From Alphaproteobacteria bacterium (lineage in GTDB: Bacteria; Pseudomonadota; Alphaproteobacteria; UBA2966), in assembly GCA_964291395.2 (NCBI GenBank), contig OZ219856.1, positions 800,001 through 864,000 on the forward strand: a stretch of DNA of 64,000 nucleotides. Direction: 5' to 3'. Both the position numbers and the translations under genes were made by a program. Shown piece after piece: positions 19,169 through 28,793 of the stretch (positions are counted from its first letter, which is position 1; each line of letters starts with the position of its first letter). The notes under the pieces are model-generated. The model did not search any database. It was given only the letters and a program-made list of their open reading frames with translations, and was not told the DNA's origin.

Positions 19169-19428
19169 CCTTCTGGGCCGCCTGGCGAGCGCGCCGCTGC
19201 CTGATCCCGGCCGACGGCTTCTACGAGTGGACCCGCCGGGGCGGGGAGATGCAGCCGTGGCTGTTCGGGCTGAAGGACGGCGGGCCGTTCGCCTTCGCCG
19301 GGCTGTGGGAGCATTGGACGGTGCCCGAGGGGGCGGCGTACACGGGATCGCTGGCCGAATGGGCGCCGGGAGAGGCGATCGAGACCTGCACGATCCTCAC
19401 GACCGTGGCCAACGCGGCCGTTGAGTGA
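19163..19428 (+). pseudogene. Second, diverged internal SRAP fragment
   Basis: AAWRARRCLIPADGFYEWTRRGGE..FAFAGLWEHW..ETCTILTT, paralogous to ~14050-14295. Confidence 0.85.
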
Positions 19429-19497
19429 CATGGGACCAAACCCGGCTGTTGGCGGCCCGCACATCGTGGTCGTGGGAGCTGGTGCGGCCGGTCGCGC

Positions 19498-19908
19498 TCA
19501 CTCCAGGACGGATCCGAGGAACTCCGCGACCGTTTGAACGAGAATGCCGGATGTCTCCTCCGGCCGGTTCATGAAGGGGCCGAAATCCCTCAGGTCACCG
19601 GTCAAAAGATGAGTTGCCTGGCAGGTGACCGCCGCCTGGAAGATGGGCCGGTCCTTTTCGGCGAGCGCGGCGGGAAACGGGAGACCGGGACGGAGCTCGA
19701 CGAGCGGAATGTCCCGCAGCAGCGCGTTCAGGCCATCCAGGGATCGAGGAAACTTCCGCGCGAGGTTGCGGCGGGCCTCCTCGGACGCATGGAGACTTGT
19801 CGCAAGCGCCCAGTGCCCACGCTTGCCGAGCTCGATGGTCAATGCCGCCTTGCCATGCGGATTGTGCGCGGCGGTGAAGAGCACGTTGGCGTCGAGAAAA
19901 AGCCTCAC
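19498..19908 (-). CDS. PIN-domain (VapC-like) toxin
   Basis: LFLDANVLF, EEARRNL, KDRPIFQAA, LLTGDLRDF. Confidence 0.85.
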   Translation of the reverse strand: MRLFLDANVLFTAAHNPHGKAALTIELGKRGHWALATSLHASEEARRNLARKFPRSLDGLNALLRDIPLVELRPGLPFPAALAEKDRPIFQAAVTCQATHLLTGDLRDFGPFMNRPEETSGILVQTVAEFLGSVLE

Positions 19909-20150
19909 CCGGTCACGGCATTCAGGATGCGCGCCCGCTCCTCATCCTCGAGCTTGTCGTCGTCGTCCCAGCGGGCGACCTCCTCCTCGCTGTAGTGCTG
20001 GATTTCGAGAACCACGCCGGGTTTGAGGACGATCTCGCTGCCGCGATCTTCAAGAATCACGACGTCGCCGCCGCTGATCCCCAAGCGTTTGCGAATTGCG
20101 GCCGGCAGGGTGATCTGGCCGCGGCTGGACACGACGAGTGTCTCGGGCAT
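19905..20150 (-). CDS. AbrB/MazE-family antitoxin
   Basis: VSSRGQITLPAAIRKRLGISGGD; overlaps PIN start. Confidence 0.88.
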   Translation of the reverse strand: MPETLVVSSRGQITLPAAIRKRLGISGGDVVILEDRGSEIVLKPGVVLEIQHYSEEEVARWDDDDKLEDEERARILNAVTG

Positions 20151-20254
20151 GCTGAGCCTCCTGAAGTACGGCAGTGGGCGGCGGACGCGACGACATATTT
20201 GCGGAATATCGGAAAATATACAACTGTACCGGTGCTCGAAAATCGACCCTTCTC

Positions 20255-20327
20255 CGGCGTGAACGTCACCGGGACGATCGGCGACACGCCCGCTGGTCGC
20301 CCCGCTGGGCGGAAGCGCCGGTTCGTC
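20255..20327 (+). repeat. 73-bp direct repeat A, copy 2
   Basis: Identical to 15055..15127. Confidence 0.95.
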
Positions 20328-20464
20328 GTCCGCTCCAGGTTCAGGGCGCCCTATGAAGAGCCCCGCCCATCCCGGCGGGTCCGCGAACCGGGCGATCGTC
20401 AGGGTTCGCCCCTGTCCATGAAACCGGTTGAGTGTCGGCTGGCAGAAGCGGTTATACTGCGGGT

Positions 20465-20701
20465 ATGAAGACGGCGGTATCAATTCCCGACGACATCTTC
20501 GAACGGGCCGAACGCCTGGCTTCCCAAGAGCAGCGGTCCCGGAGCGACCTGTATGCGGCCGCGCTCGACCAATACCTGGCGCGTCATGCACGCGACGAGA
20601 TCACCGAGACGATGAACCGCGTATGCGACGAGGTTGGCGAAAACGACGATGCCTTCCTCGCCGCCGCCGGCCGGCGCGTGCTCGACCGCGTCGAATGGTG
20701 A
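20465..20701 (+). CDS. RHH antitoxin of a MazF pair
   Basis: MKTAVSIPDDIFERAERLA..SRSDLYAAAL. Confidence 0.85.
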   Translation: MKTAVSIPDDIFERAERLASQEQRSRSDLYAAALDQYLARHARDEITETMNRVCDEVGENDDAFLAAAGRRVLDRVEW

Positions 20702-21039
20702 TCTCCCAAGGGGACGTTTGCTGGGCCGAATTGCCCGAGCCCACAGGTTCAGGACCAGGATTTCGGAGGCCGGTCGTCGTCGTCCAGGAGGATGCCTTGA
20801 ATCGAAGCCGGGTGGGCACGGTGGTCTGCGTGCCGCTCACAAGCAATCTGCGGTGGGCGGACGCGCCGGGCAACGTGCTGCTGACGGCGTCGATGACGGG
20901 CCTGCCGAGAGACTCGGTCGCGAACGTGTCACAGGTCGTCGCCCTTGACCGGACGCTCCTCGAAGAGCGCGTGGGCCAGATCCCGCGGGCGAAGATCGAC
21001 TTGCTCCTTGCCGGCCTCGACGTCGTCCTCGGTCGGTAA
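20695..21039 (+). CDS. mazF: PemK/MazF-family endoribonuclease toxin
   Basis: QGDVCWAEL..GSGPGFRRPVVVVQ..PLTSN..DSVANVSQ. Confidence 0.9.
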   Translation: MVISQGDVCWAELPEPTGSGPGFRRPVVVVQEDALNRSRVGTVVCVPLTSNLRWADAPGNVLLTASMTGLPRDSVANVSQVVALDRTLLEERVGQIPRAKIDLLLAGLDVVLGR

Positions 21040-21051
21040 CCCGTTACGGAT

Positions 21052-21243
21052 CTAAGGGGCTGGGCCGACGATCTTCGCCCGGGTCGCGACGCTTGGCGCG
21101 AACGCCGCCCGGAGTTCGGCTTCCAGCAGGTTGGAAGAGATCAGGCGGGCGAAGTCGTCCAGCCGCCGCGCATGTGCCGCCGCGCCCGGCTCGTCGAAGG
21201 CGATGGCGGTCGACACCGAGGTATCGACGTACGCGACGCTCAT
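21052..21243 (-). pseudogene. Truncated PIN-domain toxin
   Basis: MSVAYVDTS..SSNLLEAELRAAFA then unrelated tail; only 63 aa. Confidence 0.7.
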
Positions 21244-21517
21244 TCGCCGCGCTCGGCGAGAAACCTCGCCAGGGCGCCGGGCCGCCGGTCCACCGGCCGG
21301 AACGTCCGCCTCGGAACCGTCGGGCGAACCAGGGAGCCGCCGCGCTCCAGGTCGTTCAGCCGCTCGTCGAGCGTCGGCTCCTGCCGCCGTTCGATCGAAC
21401 GGATCTCCGCCACCGGTTCCCCCGATAGGAGACGGTGACGGTCTTGCCTTCGCGCACTTGCCGAATGACCTCGGAGAAACGCGCTTTCGCTTCGTGGACC
21501 GAGTAGTTGAGCGCCAT
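21240..21517 (-). pseudogene. Phd/YefM antitoxin with -1 frameshift in a G5 run (21419-21423)
   Basis: YSVHEAKARFSEVIRQVREGKTVTVSYRG / EPVAEIRSI..ALARFLAERGE*. Confidence 0.75.
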
Positions 21518-21772
21518 GACCTCATCTTGGCTAGTCAGACCGGTCATCACAACCGCGAGCGCCGGGACAGGACTTCCATGATGTCTGGATTCTCAACCGG
21601 TCCTTTTCGTTCGACAACGATAGGCCGTCCCGCGCGATGGCGGCCACATTCCCGTGGCGCCGAACGGGAGTTCCGGCCGAACTACCCGCTGCGCTTTCCC
21701 CAGCCTTTGCGGCAACCGAAGCGGTCGACTCCTATGGTACATATGATCCCGAGGTCCTGAACGGAGGGAGCC

Positions 21773-23527
21773 ATGGCCGACACGTCACCGGAGCTGGTGC
21801 TGCACAACGGCAAGATCGTCACGGTCGACGATGATTTCTCGATCGTGCAGGCGCTCGCCGTCGCGGGCGAGCGCATCGTCGCGACCGGGACCGACGCCGA
21901 CGTGCTGGCCGGCGCCGGGCCCGGCACGGAACGCATCGATCTCGGCGGCCGCACCGTGGTGCCGGGGCTGATCGACGGCCACCCGCACATGGACAGCTGG
22001 CGCGGCCGCTTCCCGCGCCTCGCGGGCGCGAAGAACATGGCCGACATCCGGGCCCGCGTCGCCCGCGCCGTCGCCGACGTCCGGGAGAAGGGCCGGCCGG
22101 GCGCCTGGGTGGTGCTCCAGCTCCTGGCCGACCCCGAGACCCGGGCCCCGGCGTGCTTCGAGGAAGGGCGCTATCCCAACCGCCACGATCTCGACCCGGT
22201 CTCGCCGGACAATCCGGTGTGGATCCGGGGCACCTACAGGACGCCGTCCATCGTCAACAGCCGGGCGCTCGAGCTGGCCGGGATCACCGCCGAGACGCCC
22301 CAGCCCGAACGCCTGGCGCCGATCCTCGACTGGCGCTCGGGCGACACCGTCCTCTCGCCCGGCGGCGAGATCGAGAAGGACCCGGCCACCGGCGAGCCGA
22401 CCGGCGTGCTGCGGGACAACGACACGCTGATCGCCCGCCCCGCGACCGGCCGGCTGTGGGAGCTCGCGCCGCGTCCCACCCTGGAGGCGTGCATCGCCAA
22501 CCTCGAGGACAAGATCGCCGAGTTCAACCGCCTGGGGCTCACCGCCATCTACGAGGGCCACGGCCTCGAGGATCCCGTCGAGGAGGGTACCCTGGCGCTG
22601 CTCAAGGTGTGGTCGGAAGGCAGGCTCACGGTGCGCGTCCAGATGGTGCCCAACCTGAGCACCTCGGGGACGCTCGAGGACGTCTCGGCGCGCCTGGGCG
22701 GCTATGCCTACGCCGCCCACGACGGGGCCGGCGACGACCGGCTGCGCTTCGCCGGGGTCAACGTCACCCTCGACGGACCCGGCGGCGGCCTCGACGCCGT
22801 GCAGCCGAAGCAGCCCTCCTGGCCCGGCCCGCACGACGAGATCCGCGACGGCATCTGCCGCGTTCCCCTCGACAAGTTCCGCCACGTGGCGCGCGAGGCC
22901 GCCCGCCGGGGCGTGCGGCTGGCCACCAAGGCCGACGGCGAGGCCATGATCGACTGGGTCATCGACGTCTACGGCGAGGCGGACGCGGAGTTCGGCATCC
23001 GCGACCGGCGCTGGGTCATGATGCACAGCAAGTTCACCACCCCGGCCCAGATGGCGCGCCTGCGCGAGCTCGGCGTCGTGCCGACGACCTGCGCGACGTT
23101 CGTCTGGCATCACGGCAAGAACCTGGCGCGCGCCTACGGCGAGGCGGTGGCCCGTCGCGCGGTGCCCCTGCGCGGCTTCCTCGACGCCGGCCTGCCGGTG
23201 TCCAACGGCTCCGACGAATATCCCTGGAACCCGTTCTTCTCGCTCTGGCTCATGGTGACGCGCACCGACGGGGAGACCGGCGCGCAGCTCGGCGGCGGCG
23301 AATGCGTCTCGCGCGAGGAGGCGCTGCGCATCTACACCAACAACGGCGCCTGGCTCCTGCGCATGGAGGACCGGCTGGGTTCCCTCGAGGCCGGCAAGTA
23401 CGCCGACCTGCTCGTCCTCTCCGACGATTACCTCACCGTCGAGGCGGGGCGGATCAAGGACATCTCCCCCGTCATGACCGTCGTCGGCGGCCGGATCGTC
23501 CACGCCGACCCCGACGCCGGTCTCTGA
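21773..23527 (+). CDS. Amidohydrolase (YtcJ/Amidohydro_3-like)
   Basis: NGKIVTVD, PGLIDGHPH, GEPTGVL, NGSD, GSLEAGKYADLLVL. Confidence 0.9.
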   Translation: MADTSPELVLHNGKIVTVDDDFSIVQALAVAGERIVATGTDADVLAGAGPGTERIDLGGRTVVPGLIDGHPHMDSWRGRFPRLAGAKNMADIRARVARAVADVREKGRPGAWVVLQLLADPETRAPACFEEGRYPNRHDLDPVSPDNPVWIRGTYRTPSIVNSRALELAGITAETPQPERLAPILDWRSGDTVLSPGGEIEKDPATGEPTGVLRDNDTLIARPATGRLWELAPRPTLEACIANLEDKIAEFNRLGLTAIYEGHGLEDPVEEGTLALLKVWSEGRLTVRVQMVPNLSTSGTLEDVSARLGGYAYAAHDGAGDDRLRFAGVNVTLDGPGGGLDAVQPKQPSWPGPHDEIRDGICRVPLDKFRHVAREAARRGVRLATKADGEAMIDWVIDVYGEADAEFGIRDRRWVMMHSKFTTPAQMARLRELGVVPTTCATFVWHHGKNLARAYGEAVARRAVPLRGFLDAGLPVSNGSDEYPWNPFFSLWLMVTRTDGETGAQLGGGECVSREEALRIYTNNGAWLLRMEDRLGSLEAGKYADLLVLSDDYLTVEAGRIKDISPVMTVVGGRIVHADPDAGL

Positions 23528-23674
23528 CCGGAAGATGCCGGCGGCGGGCGCGCGCAGCGGGCGTTTCGGCACGGGAAACCGCGGGTTTCCAAAGTCGAGT
23601 TCCGGGACGGCGAATCCGGCTCCGGCGGAGCGCCTCTGAGTCCCCGCGTGGCGGGACTTGTGCGACACTCGCTC

Positions 23675-23716
23675 CGCAATCGGCAGATCGGAGGTTCCAG
23701 TCCTCTCTGCGGCACC
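23675..23716 (+). other. Degenerate tRNA (Thr-like) 3' half, att relic
   Basis: CGCAATCGGCAGATCGGAGGTTCCAGTCCTCTCTGCGGCACC: T-arm and acceptor 3' strand, no 5' half. Confidence 0.5.
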
Positions 23717-23772
23717 GCTTTTTCCGGTACGATGGTGCCAGCGACCTGACGGCAACTCGCTGGAGCGCCTCC

Positions 23773-24705
23773 ATGGACCTGCCCATCTCGGGTATCTGCA
23801 GTTTCGCCAAGCAACCGATCTGCACGGACCTGGATCGGCTCGATGCCGATGTCGCGATCCTGGGGGCTCCTCTGGACATGGGAACGATGTATCGATCCGG
23901 AGCGCGGTTCGGTCCACGGGCGATCCGCGAGGCGTCGACCCTGTATGCCTTTGGTCCCGAGGGAGCCTACTCGCCCGAAGACGACCAGTATCATCTTTCG
24001 CGTGAGTCGGTGCGGATCGTCGATGCCGGCGATGCGGATATCATTCACACCGATGTTGCGGGCAGCTTCGCCAACATCGAGAAAGCCGTCCGCAAAATTC
24101 TGGCCCGTGGTGCTTTGCCCGTCGTTCTTGGCGGCGACCATTCCGTTCACATTCCCTGTATTCGCGCCTTTTCGGACCGGCCGCCGGTTCATGTCGTTCA
24201 GGTAGACGCCCATCTCGACTTCGGAAAGGACCAGGAGGGAGTGACCTTTGGTCACAACCAACCTCTGCGGCGGACGTCGGAGCTTTCTCATGTCACGGGC
24301 ATGACTCAGATCGGCATCCGGAATTTCACGTTCTCCGGCCGCGGCAGTTACGAAGAGGCTCGAGCCGCGGGATCCGAGATCGTGACGATGCGCAGGGCAC
24401 GCGAACTGGGTATGGCAGGCGTGTTGCAGCTCATACCGGAAGGGCGGCGATACTATTGCACCATCGACATCGACGGGCTTGATCCCGCGGTTGCGCCCGG
24501 CACCGGTTCGCCCAGCCCCGGCGGTTTCCTGTACGACGAGGTGATCGACCTTTTGCGCGGCCTGGCAAGGCGCGGGCAGGTCGTCGGTGTTGATCTGGTC
24601 GAAGTCGCGCCGCCCTACGATGCGACCGGCGCGACGTCCCTGCTGGCGGCGCAACTGCTTCTGCGGTTTCTGGGCTACGTTTTCGTTGAAAAGGGCGGCA
24701 CCTAG
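23773..24705 (+). CDS. Agmatinase/ureohydrolase-family protein
   Basis: GARFGPRAIR, GGDHS, DAHLD, DIDGLDP..APGTG, DLVEVAP. Confidence 0.92.
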   Translation: MDLPISGICSFAKQPICTDLDRLDADVAILGAPLDMGTMYRSGARFGPRAIREASTLYAFGPEGAYSPEDDQYHLSRESVRIVDAGDADIIHTDVAGSFANIEKAVRKILARGALPVVLGGDHSVHIPCIRAFSDRPPVHVVQVDAHLDFGKDQEGVTFGHNQPLRRTSELSHVTGMTQIGIRNFTFSGRGSYEEARAAGSEIVTMRRARELGMAGVLQLIPEGRRYYCTIDIDGLDPAVAPGTGSPSPGGFLYDEVIDLLRGLARRGQVVGVDLVEVAPPYDATGATSLLAAQLLLRFLGYVFVEKGGT

Positions 24706-24727
24706 CCCTCTTCACTCACGAACAGGA

Positions 24728-24934
24728 CTGGCCGCCCTGTGCGAGCCGGTCGACATATCCTTCCGGATACGGCCGATGTTGCGCGACGCCGACGACGAAA
24801 TGGTTCTTGAGGTGGCACTGAGCGGACGAGCCGACGCTATCGTCGCGCATAACGTCAGGGACTTTGCATCGGCTCGGCCTTTAGGCGTCGAGATCGCGGC
24901 TCCCGGCGACATCCTGAGGAGATTGACCTCATGA
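24728..24934 (+). pseudogene. PIN-domain toxin, C-terminal half only
   Basis: RPMLRDADDEMVLEVALSGRADAIVAHNVRDF; N-terminus missing. Confidence 0.7.
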
Positions 24935-25194
24935 CGGACACCCGGCGCTACAAGTACCCCTTGCAATTGCCGGCATCGCTGAAAGACACGGCGGCGCGCC
25001 TGGCCCGGGAGGATGGCGTATCCCTCAATCAGTGGATCGTCGCCGCGGTCGCCCAGAAGATCGGCGCTGTCGAAACCGCGGAGACGTTCCTCCGGGAACG
25101 AGCGGCAGGTGCGGCGTCGGACGATTTGGCGCGCTATCTGGAAAAGGCGCCGGACACGCCGCCCGAGCCGGGCGACGAGCTGCCGCGCCGCTAA
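24931..25194 (+). CDS. HicB-like/RHH antitoxin
   Basis: YPLQLPASLK..AREDGVSLNQWIVAAVAQKI. Confidence 0.8.
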   Translation: MTDTRRYKYPLQLPASLKDTAARLAREDGVSLNQWIVAAVAQKIGAVETAETFLRERAAGAASDDLARYLEKAPDTPPEPGDELPRR

Positions 25195-25247
25195 GAGTGA
25201 ACCGTTGGAAGCGGGTGAGCTCCCGGAGGCAACATGCCCGTGGCTTG

Positions 25248-25307
25248 CGGGAACCGCCCGCGAGCCTTCGCCGTCGGGACCGTGGGGTCAGGCGTCGGGG
25301 ATCACGG
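25248..25307 (+). repeat. 60-bp direct repeat B, copy 1 (copy of RidA 3' end)
   Basis: Matches 26445..26504 with 3 mismatches. Confidence 0.9.
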
Positions 25308-25431
25308 AATGGTGCCGTCGACACCCCGGCGGCACGGCCGTGGGCAGACTCGCAGGACAAAACTTGATAAAAAACATTTACAAGTGTAAGTACAGCCATG
25401 CCGCTCTTCCTTTGAGCATGGGGAGCCGGGG

Positions 25432-26013
25432 ATGGCCAGGCAAGACAGGAACGGACAGGACAGCAAGCCAATCCACGCCGAGGTGCTTGCCGCGGCCCAG
25501 CGGCTCTGCCGCCGGGAGGATTGGACATTCAGGCCTCACCAGGTCGTCGGTGCCCTGCCGCACTTGAACGAAAGCTCGGTTCGAACGCACATCGTGAGCC
25601 GGTGCTGCGAGAACGCACCCGAGAACCATGCGCACCGATGGCCGTATTTTCGTCGCGTCGGTCGGGGTGTCTACGAGATTTTACCGCCATTCCGGCGAAC
25701 GGAACGCGGCGGGTCGGAATCACGCGAACGAGCCGCCGGTGACAGTCGGAGCGGTGATGGGACGGGGCCCGACGGGATGGCGGGAGGCCGGCAATCCGCG
25801 ATTCATGCCGTGGTTTCGGACAGCGAAGGCTGGTACGTGGCGGAGTGTCTGGAGGTTGCGGTGGTTACCCAGGGCCGGTCGCTGGATGAGGCGTTGGCGA
25901 ACTTGCGGAGCGCGCTGGAGTTGCATCTCGACGACGATGAGCTGGCGCGGGCTGGTCTCCCGTCGACGCCGCGCCTCGTGGTGAACTACGAGACTTCGGC
26001 CTTCGCCGCCTGA
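25432..26013 (+). CDS. HicB-family antitoxin fused to an N-terminal putative winged-helix domain
   Basis: C-terminal EGWYVAECLEVAVVTQGRSLDEALANLRSAL (HicB); N-terminal SVRTHIVSRCCENAPENH..RVGRGVYEI. Confidence 0.75.
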   Translation: MARQDRNGQDSKPIHAEVLAAAQRLCRREDWTFRPHQVVGALPHLNESSVRTHIVSRCCENAPENHAHRWPYFRRVGRGVYEILPPFRRTERGGSESRERAAGDSRSGDGTGPDGMAGGRQSAIHAVVSDSEGWYVAECLEVAVVTQGRSLDEALANLRSALELHLDDDELARAGLPSTPRLVVNYETSAFAA

Positions 26014-26258
26014 TGCCGCGCCTGAGACGGCTGACGTCGAGAGAGGTGTTGAGGATTCTCGGCGGTTTCGGTTTCGAAGTCGTCTCGATCCGGGGCAGCC
26101 ACGCCAAACTCGTTCGCGTATCGGACTCTGGCGAACGGCAGGTTCTGACGGTCCCGATGCACTCGCAACTGGTGATCGGCACTGTGCGCGCGATCTACCG
26201 GCAGGCGGCCCGCTTCATTCCGGGCGACGAGCTGCGGTCGCATTTCTTTTCCGATTGA
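26013..26258 (+). CDS. hicA: HicA-family toxin
   Basis: REVLRILGGFGFEVVSIRGSHAKL..TVPMH..GTVRAIYRQA. Confidence 0.88.
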   Translation: MPRLRRLTSREVLRILGGFGFEVVSIRGSHAKLVRVSDSGERQVLTVPMHSQLVIGTVRAIYRQAARFIPGDELRSHFFSD

Positions 26259-26444
26259 GAGGCGGGGCACGCAGGGGCACGCGACATCCGGATTGTCGAT
26301 GGTTGCCGGGAATGCGCGAAGCGGCGGAGAGGCCTGCAGGGCTGGCTTCATGAGCCTGATTTGCACGAGTACAACGCCTGCTTGGGATCTCCCCGCTTCG
26401 GCATTCCAGAGTGCGGCGCGGACGCCGGGAAACTGGTGGGGCGT

Positions 26445-26504
26445 CGGGAACCGCTCGCGAGCCTTCGCCGTCGGGACCGCGGGGTCAGGCGTCGGGGATG
26501 ACGG
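26445..26504 (+). repeat. 60-bp direct repeat B, copy 2
   Basis: Contains the RidA stop codon and downstream 40 bp. Confidence 0.9.
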
Positions 26505-26877
26505 CGATGGCCTCGATTTCGACCTGGGCGTTCTGCTCGAGTTGGGTCACGCCGACCCCGGTCGTCGCCGGAGGATCGGATTTCCAGATCTCCCGTCGGA
26601 CCTTGTCGAAGACGGGCCACTGGGTCTCGCGGTCCACGAAGTACATGGTCATTTTCACGATATCCTGCAGCGTGGCGCCGTGCGCCTGCAGGATCATGTC
26701 GAGGCCCTCGAAGATTCTGCGGACCTGGGCCTCGATATCCGGCAGGATCTTGCCGGTTTCCAGGTCCCAGCCGATCAGGCCGCTGGTGTAGACGGTATTG
26801 CCCACGCGCACGCCCGGTGACAGCCAGCCTTCGAACATCGGACCGATTTCCGGGACGGGATTTCTGACGGGCTTCAT
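26485..26877 (-). CDS. RidA/YjgF-family protein
   Basis: VYTSG, QVRRIFEGL, PPATTGVGVTQL..VEIEAIA. Confidence 0.88.
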   Translation of the reverse strand: MKPVRNPVPEIGPMFEGWLSPGVRVGNTVYTSGLIGWDLETGKILPDIEAQVRRIFEGLDMILQAHGATLQDIVKMTMYFVDRETQWPVFDKVRREIWKSDPPATTGVGVTQLEQNAQVEIEAIAVIPDA

Positions 26878-27016
26878 GCTGCGCCCTCCTTGCTGTTTGG
26901 ATTTGGGAACGTCGAAGACCTGACGCTCACGGCGAGGTTAATCGATGACCGCGGCGGCGTCGATTTCGACCGACGGCTCGGGGCAGGCCGGAGCCCGGGC
27001 GCCGCCTTCTACTTGG

Positions 27017-27162
27017 CGATGTTGCGATCCTGGGGGCTCCTCTGGACATGGGAACGGTGTATCGATCCGGAGCGCGGTTCGGTCCACGGGCGATCCGCGA
27101 GGCGTCGACCCTGTGTGCCTTTGGTCCCGAGGGAGCCTACTCGCCCGAGGACGACCGGTATC
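27017..27162 (+). repeat. Near-identical 146-bp copy of agmatinase 5' region (23847..23992)
   Basis: Direct alignment with few substitutions; no start or continuation. Confidence 0.9.
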
Positions 27163-27274
27163 GTTTTTTTCCTGCGCGGCATTCCTGATCGCTGCGTCGG
27201 AGACCGGTTCGGATATATTCCGAGGACGGGGTTCGCCGTCGATGGCGGGTCGCGGCTGAAGCGGGAGCGGAAAG

Positions 27275-28735
27275 ATGGCCAGGAAGATCGAGTTTTGGGA
27301 GACCGCGTTGCGCGATGCGCACCAAAGCCTTTGGGCGACGCGCATGACCATGGAGATGATGGAGGACATCCTCCCGAACATGGACGCGACCGGCTACAGG
27401 TACATGGCCATCCTCGGCTCGGCCGGGCTCGAGGCCAACGTCTACTACCTCGGGGAGGATCCCTGGGAGCGCCTTGACATGATCGAGCGGGGCGCTCCGA
27501 AGACGACCAAGTGCGTCTGGGTGCGGGCGCTCAACATGCTGGGCTGGGACCTGTTCTCGGATGACGTCTTCGACCTGACGCTCGGCGTGCTGGCGCGCCA
27601 CGGTCTCGGCGCCAGCGCCGTCATGGACGCCAACAACGACACCCGGAATCTCGTGCCGGGAATCGAGGCCTCGAAGAAGGCCGGCATGAAGGCGTTCGCC
27701 TCCCTGGTCTACAGCGTGAGCCCGGTGCACACGGACGACTACTATGTCGAGCGCGTGAAGGAGATCGTCGAGCTTGGGGTCGACGGTATCCAGATCAAGG
27801 ATTCGGGGGCGCTGCTCACGCCGGACCGCGTGCGGACGTTGACGCCGGCCTTCCGCGAGGCGATGGGTCCGGGCCTCGAGCTTCATTTTCACACGCACTG
27901 CACGTCGGGTCTCGGTCCGCTCTGCGCCCTCGAGGCGCTCGACTTCGACATCGACGTCATGCACGCGGCGATCACGCCCCTGGCCCACGGCAACTCCAAT
28001 CCCCCGCTGGAGATGGTGGCGCGCGAGGCCGTCAACATGGGCTGGGAGGTCGGCCTCGACTTCGAGTGCCTGGAGCGCACGGCCGAGCACTTCCGCCAGC
28101 AGGCCATCCGTTTCGGCAAGCCGCTCGGTCGGCCCAAGGCCTATGATCCCAACCTCTATCGCCACCAGGTGCCGGGCGGCATGCGCAGCAATCTCGAGGC
28201 GCAGCTCGAGACGCTCGGTCTCAGCGACAGGCTGCCGGCGGTGCTGGAGGAGATTTCCCGTATTCGCGAGGAACTCGGCTGGCCCATCATGGTCAGTCCG
28301 CTCAGCCAGTACTGCGGCGTGCAGGCGCTGTTCAACGTCGTGGAGGGCGAGCGCTACCGCACCGTGCAGACGGAGCTGAAGAAGTACGCGACCGGCTGGT
28401 ACGGCCGCACCCCGGCGCCGATCGATCCCGACATCCAGGACCGCCTGTCCGAAGGCGATGACGTGATCGCCGGGCGGCCGGGCTCGCTCATCGAGCCCAT
28501 GGTGGAGAAGTGCCGCAGGGAGCGCGGACCGTTCGCCACCGACGAGGACCTCGTGCTCGCGCTGCACTTCAAGCCGAAAGTGCTGGACGACTGGAAGGCC
28601 GCGCGCAAGGTCCGCGAGGCCGAGGCGACGGCCTCCACGCCGATGGCCCACCTCGTGAGGGAGCTCTCGGCCCGTCCGGAGGTCTCCTACTTCTTCTTCG
28701 AGAAGGACGACACGCGCGTCACCCACGCCATGTAG
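27275..28735 (+). CDS. Pyruvate carboxylase subunit B / oxaloacetate decarboxylase alpha-like carboxyltransferase
   Basis: LRDAHQSLWATRM, IKDSGALLTP, HTHCTSG, HQVPGGM, MVSPLSQ. Confidence 0.9.
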   Translation: MARKIEFWETALRDAHQSLWATRMTMEMMEDILPNMDATGYRYMAILGSAGLEANVYYLGEDPWERLDMIERGAPKTTKCVWVRALNMLGWDLFSDDVFDLTLGVLARHGLGASAVMDANNDTRNLVPGIEASKKAGMKAFASLVYSVSPVHTDDYYVERVKEIVELGVDGIQIKDSGALLTPDRVRTLTPAFREAMGPGLELHFHTHCTSGLGPLCALEALDFDIDVMHAAITPLAHGNSNPPLEMVAREAVNMGWEVGLDFECLERTAEHFRQQAIRFGKPLGRPKAYDPNLYRHQVPGGMRSNLEAQLETLGLSDRLPAVLEEISRIREELGWPIMVSPLSQYCGVQALFNVVEGERYRTVQTELKKYATGWYGRTPAPIDPDIQDRLSEGDDVIAGRPGSLIEPMVEKCRRERGPFATDEDLVLALHFKPKVLDDWKAARKVREAEATASTPMAHLVRELSARPEVSYFFFEKDDTRVTHAM

Positions 28736-28793
28736 GGCGCCGTCGGGACGCGGAGGAGGGGCGTGCGGCTGGCCGCCAGGGCCGGCGGCGGGG

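Noticed and set aside
21785-24705. 710-aa and 850-aa ORFs overlapping the amidohydrolase
   Set aside because: GC-rich shadow frames; only the 3' part of the 850-aa ORF (agmatinase from 23773) is real
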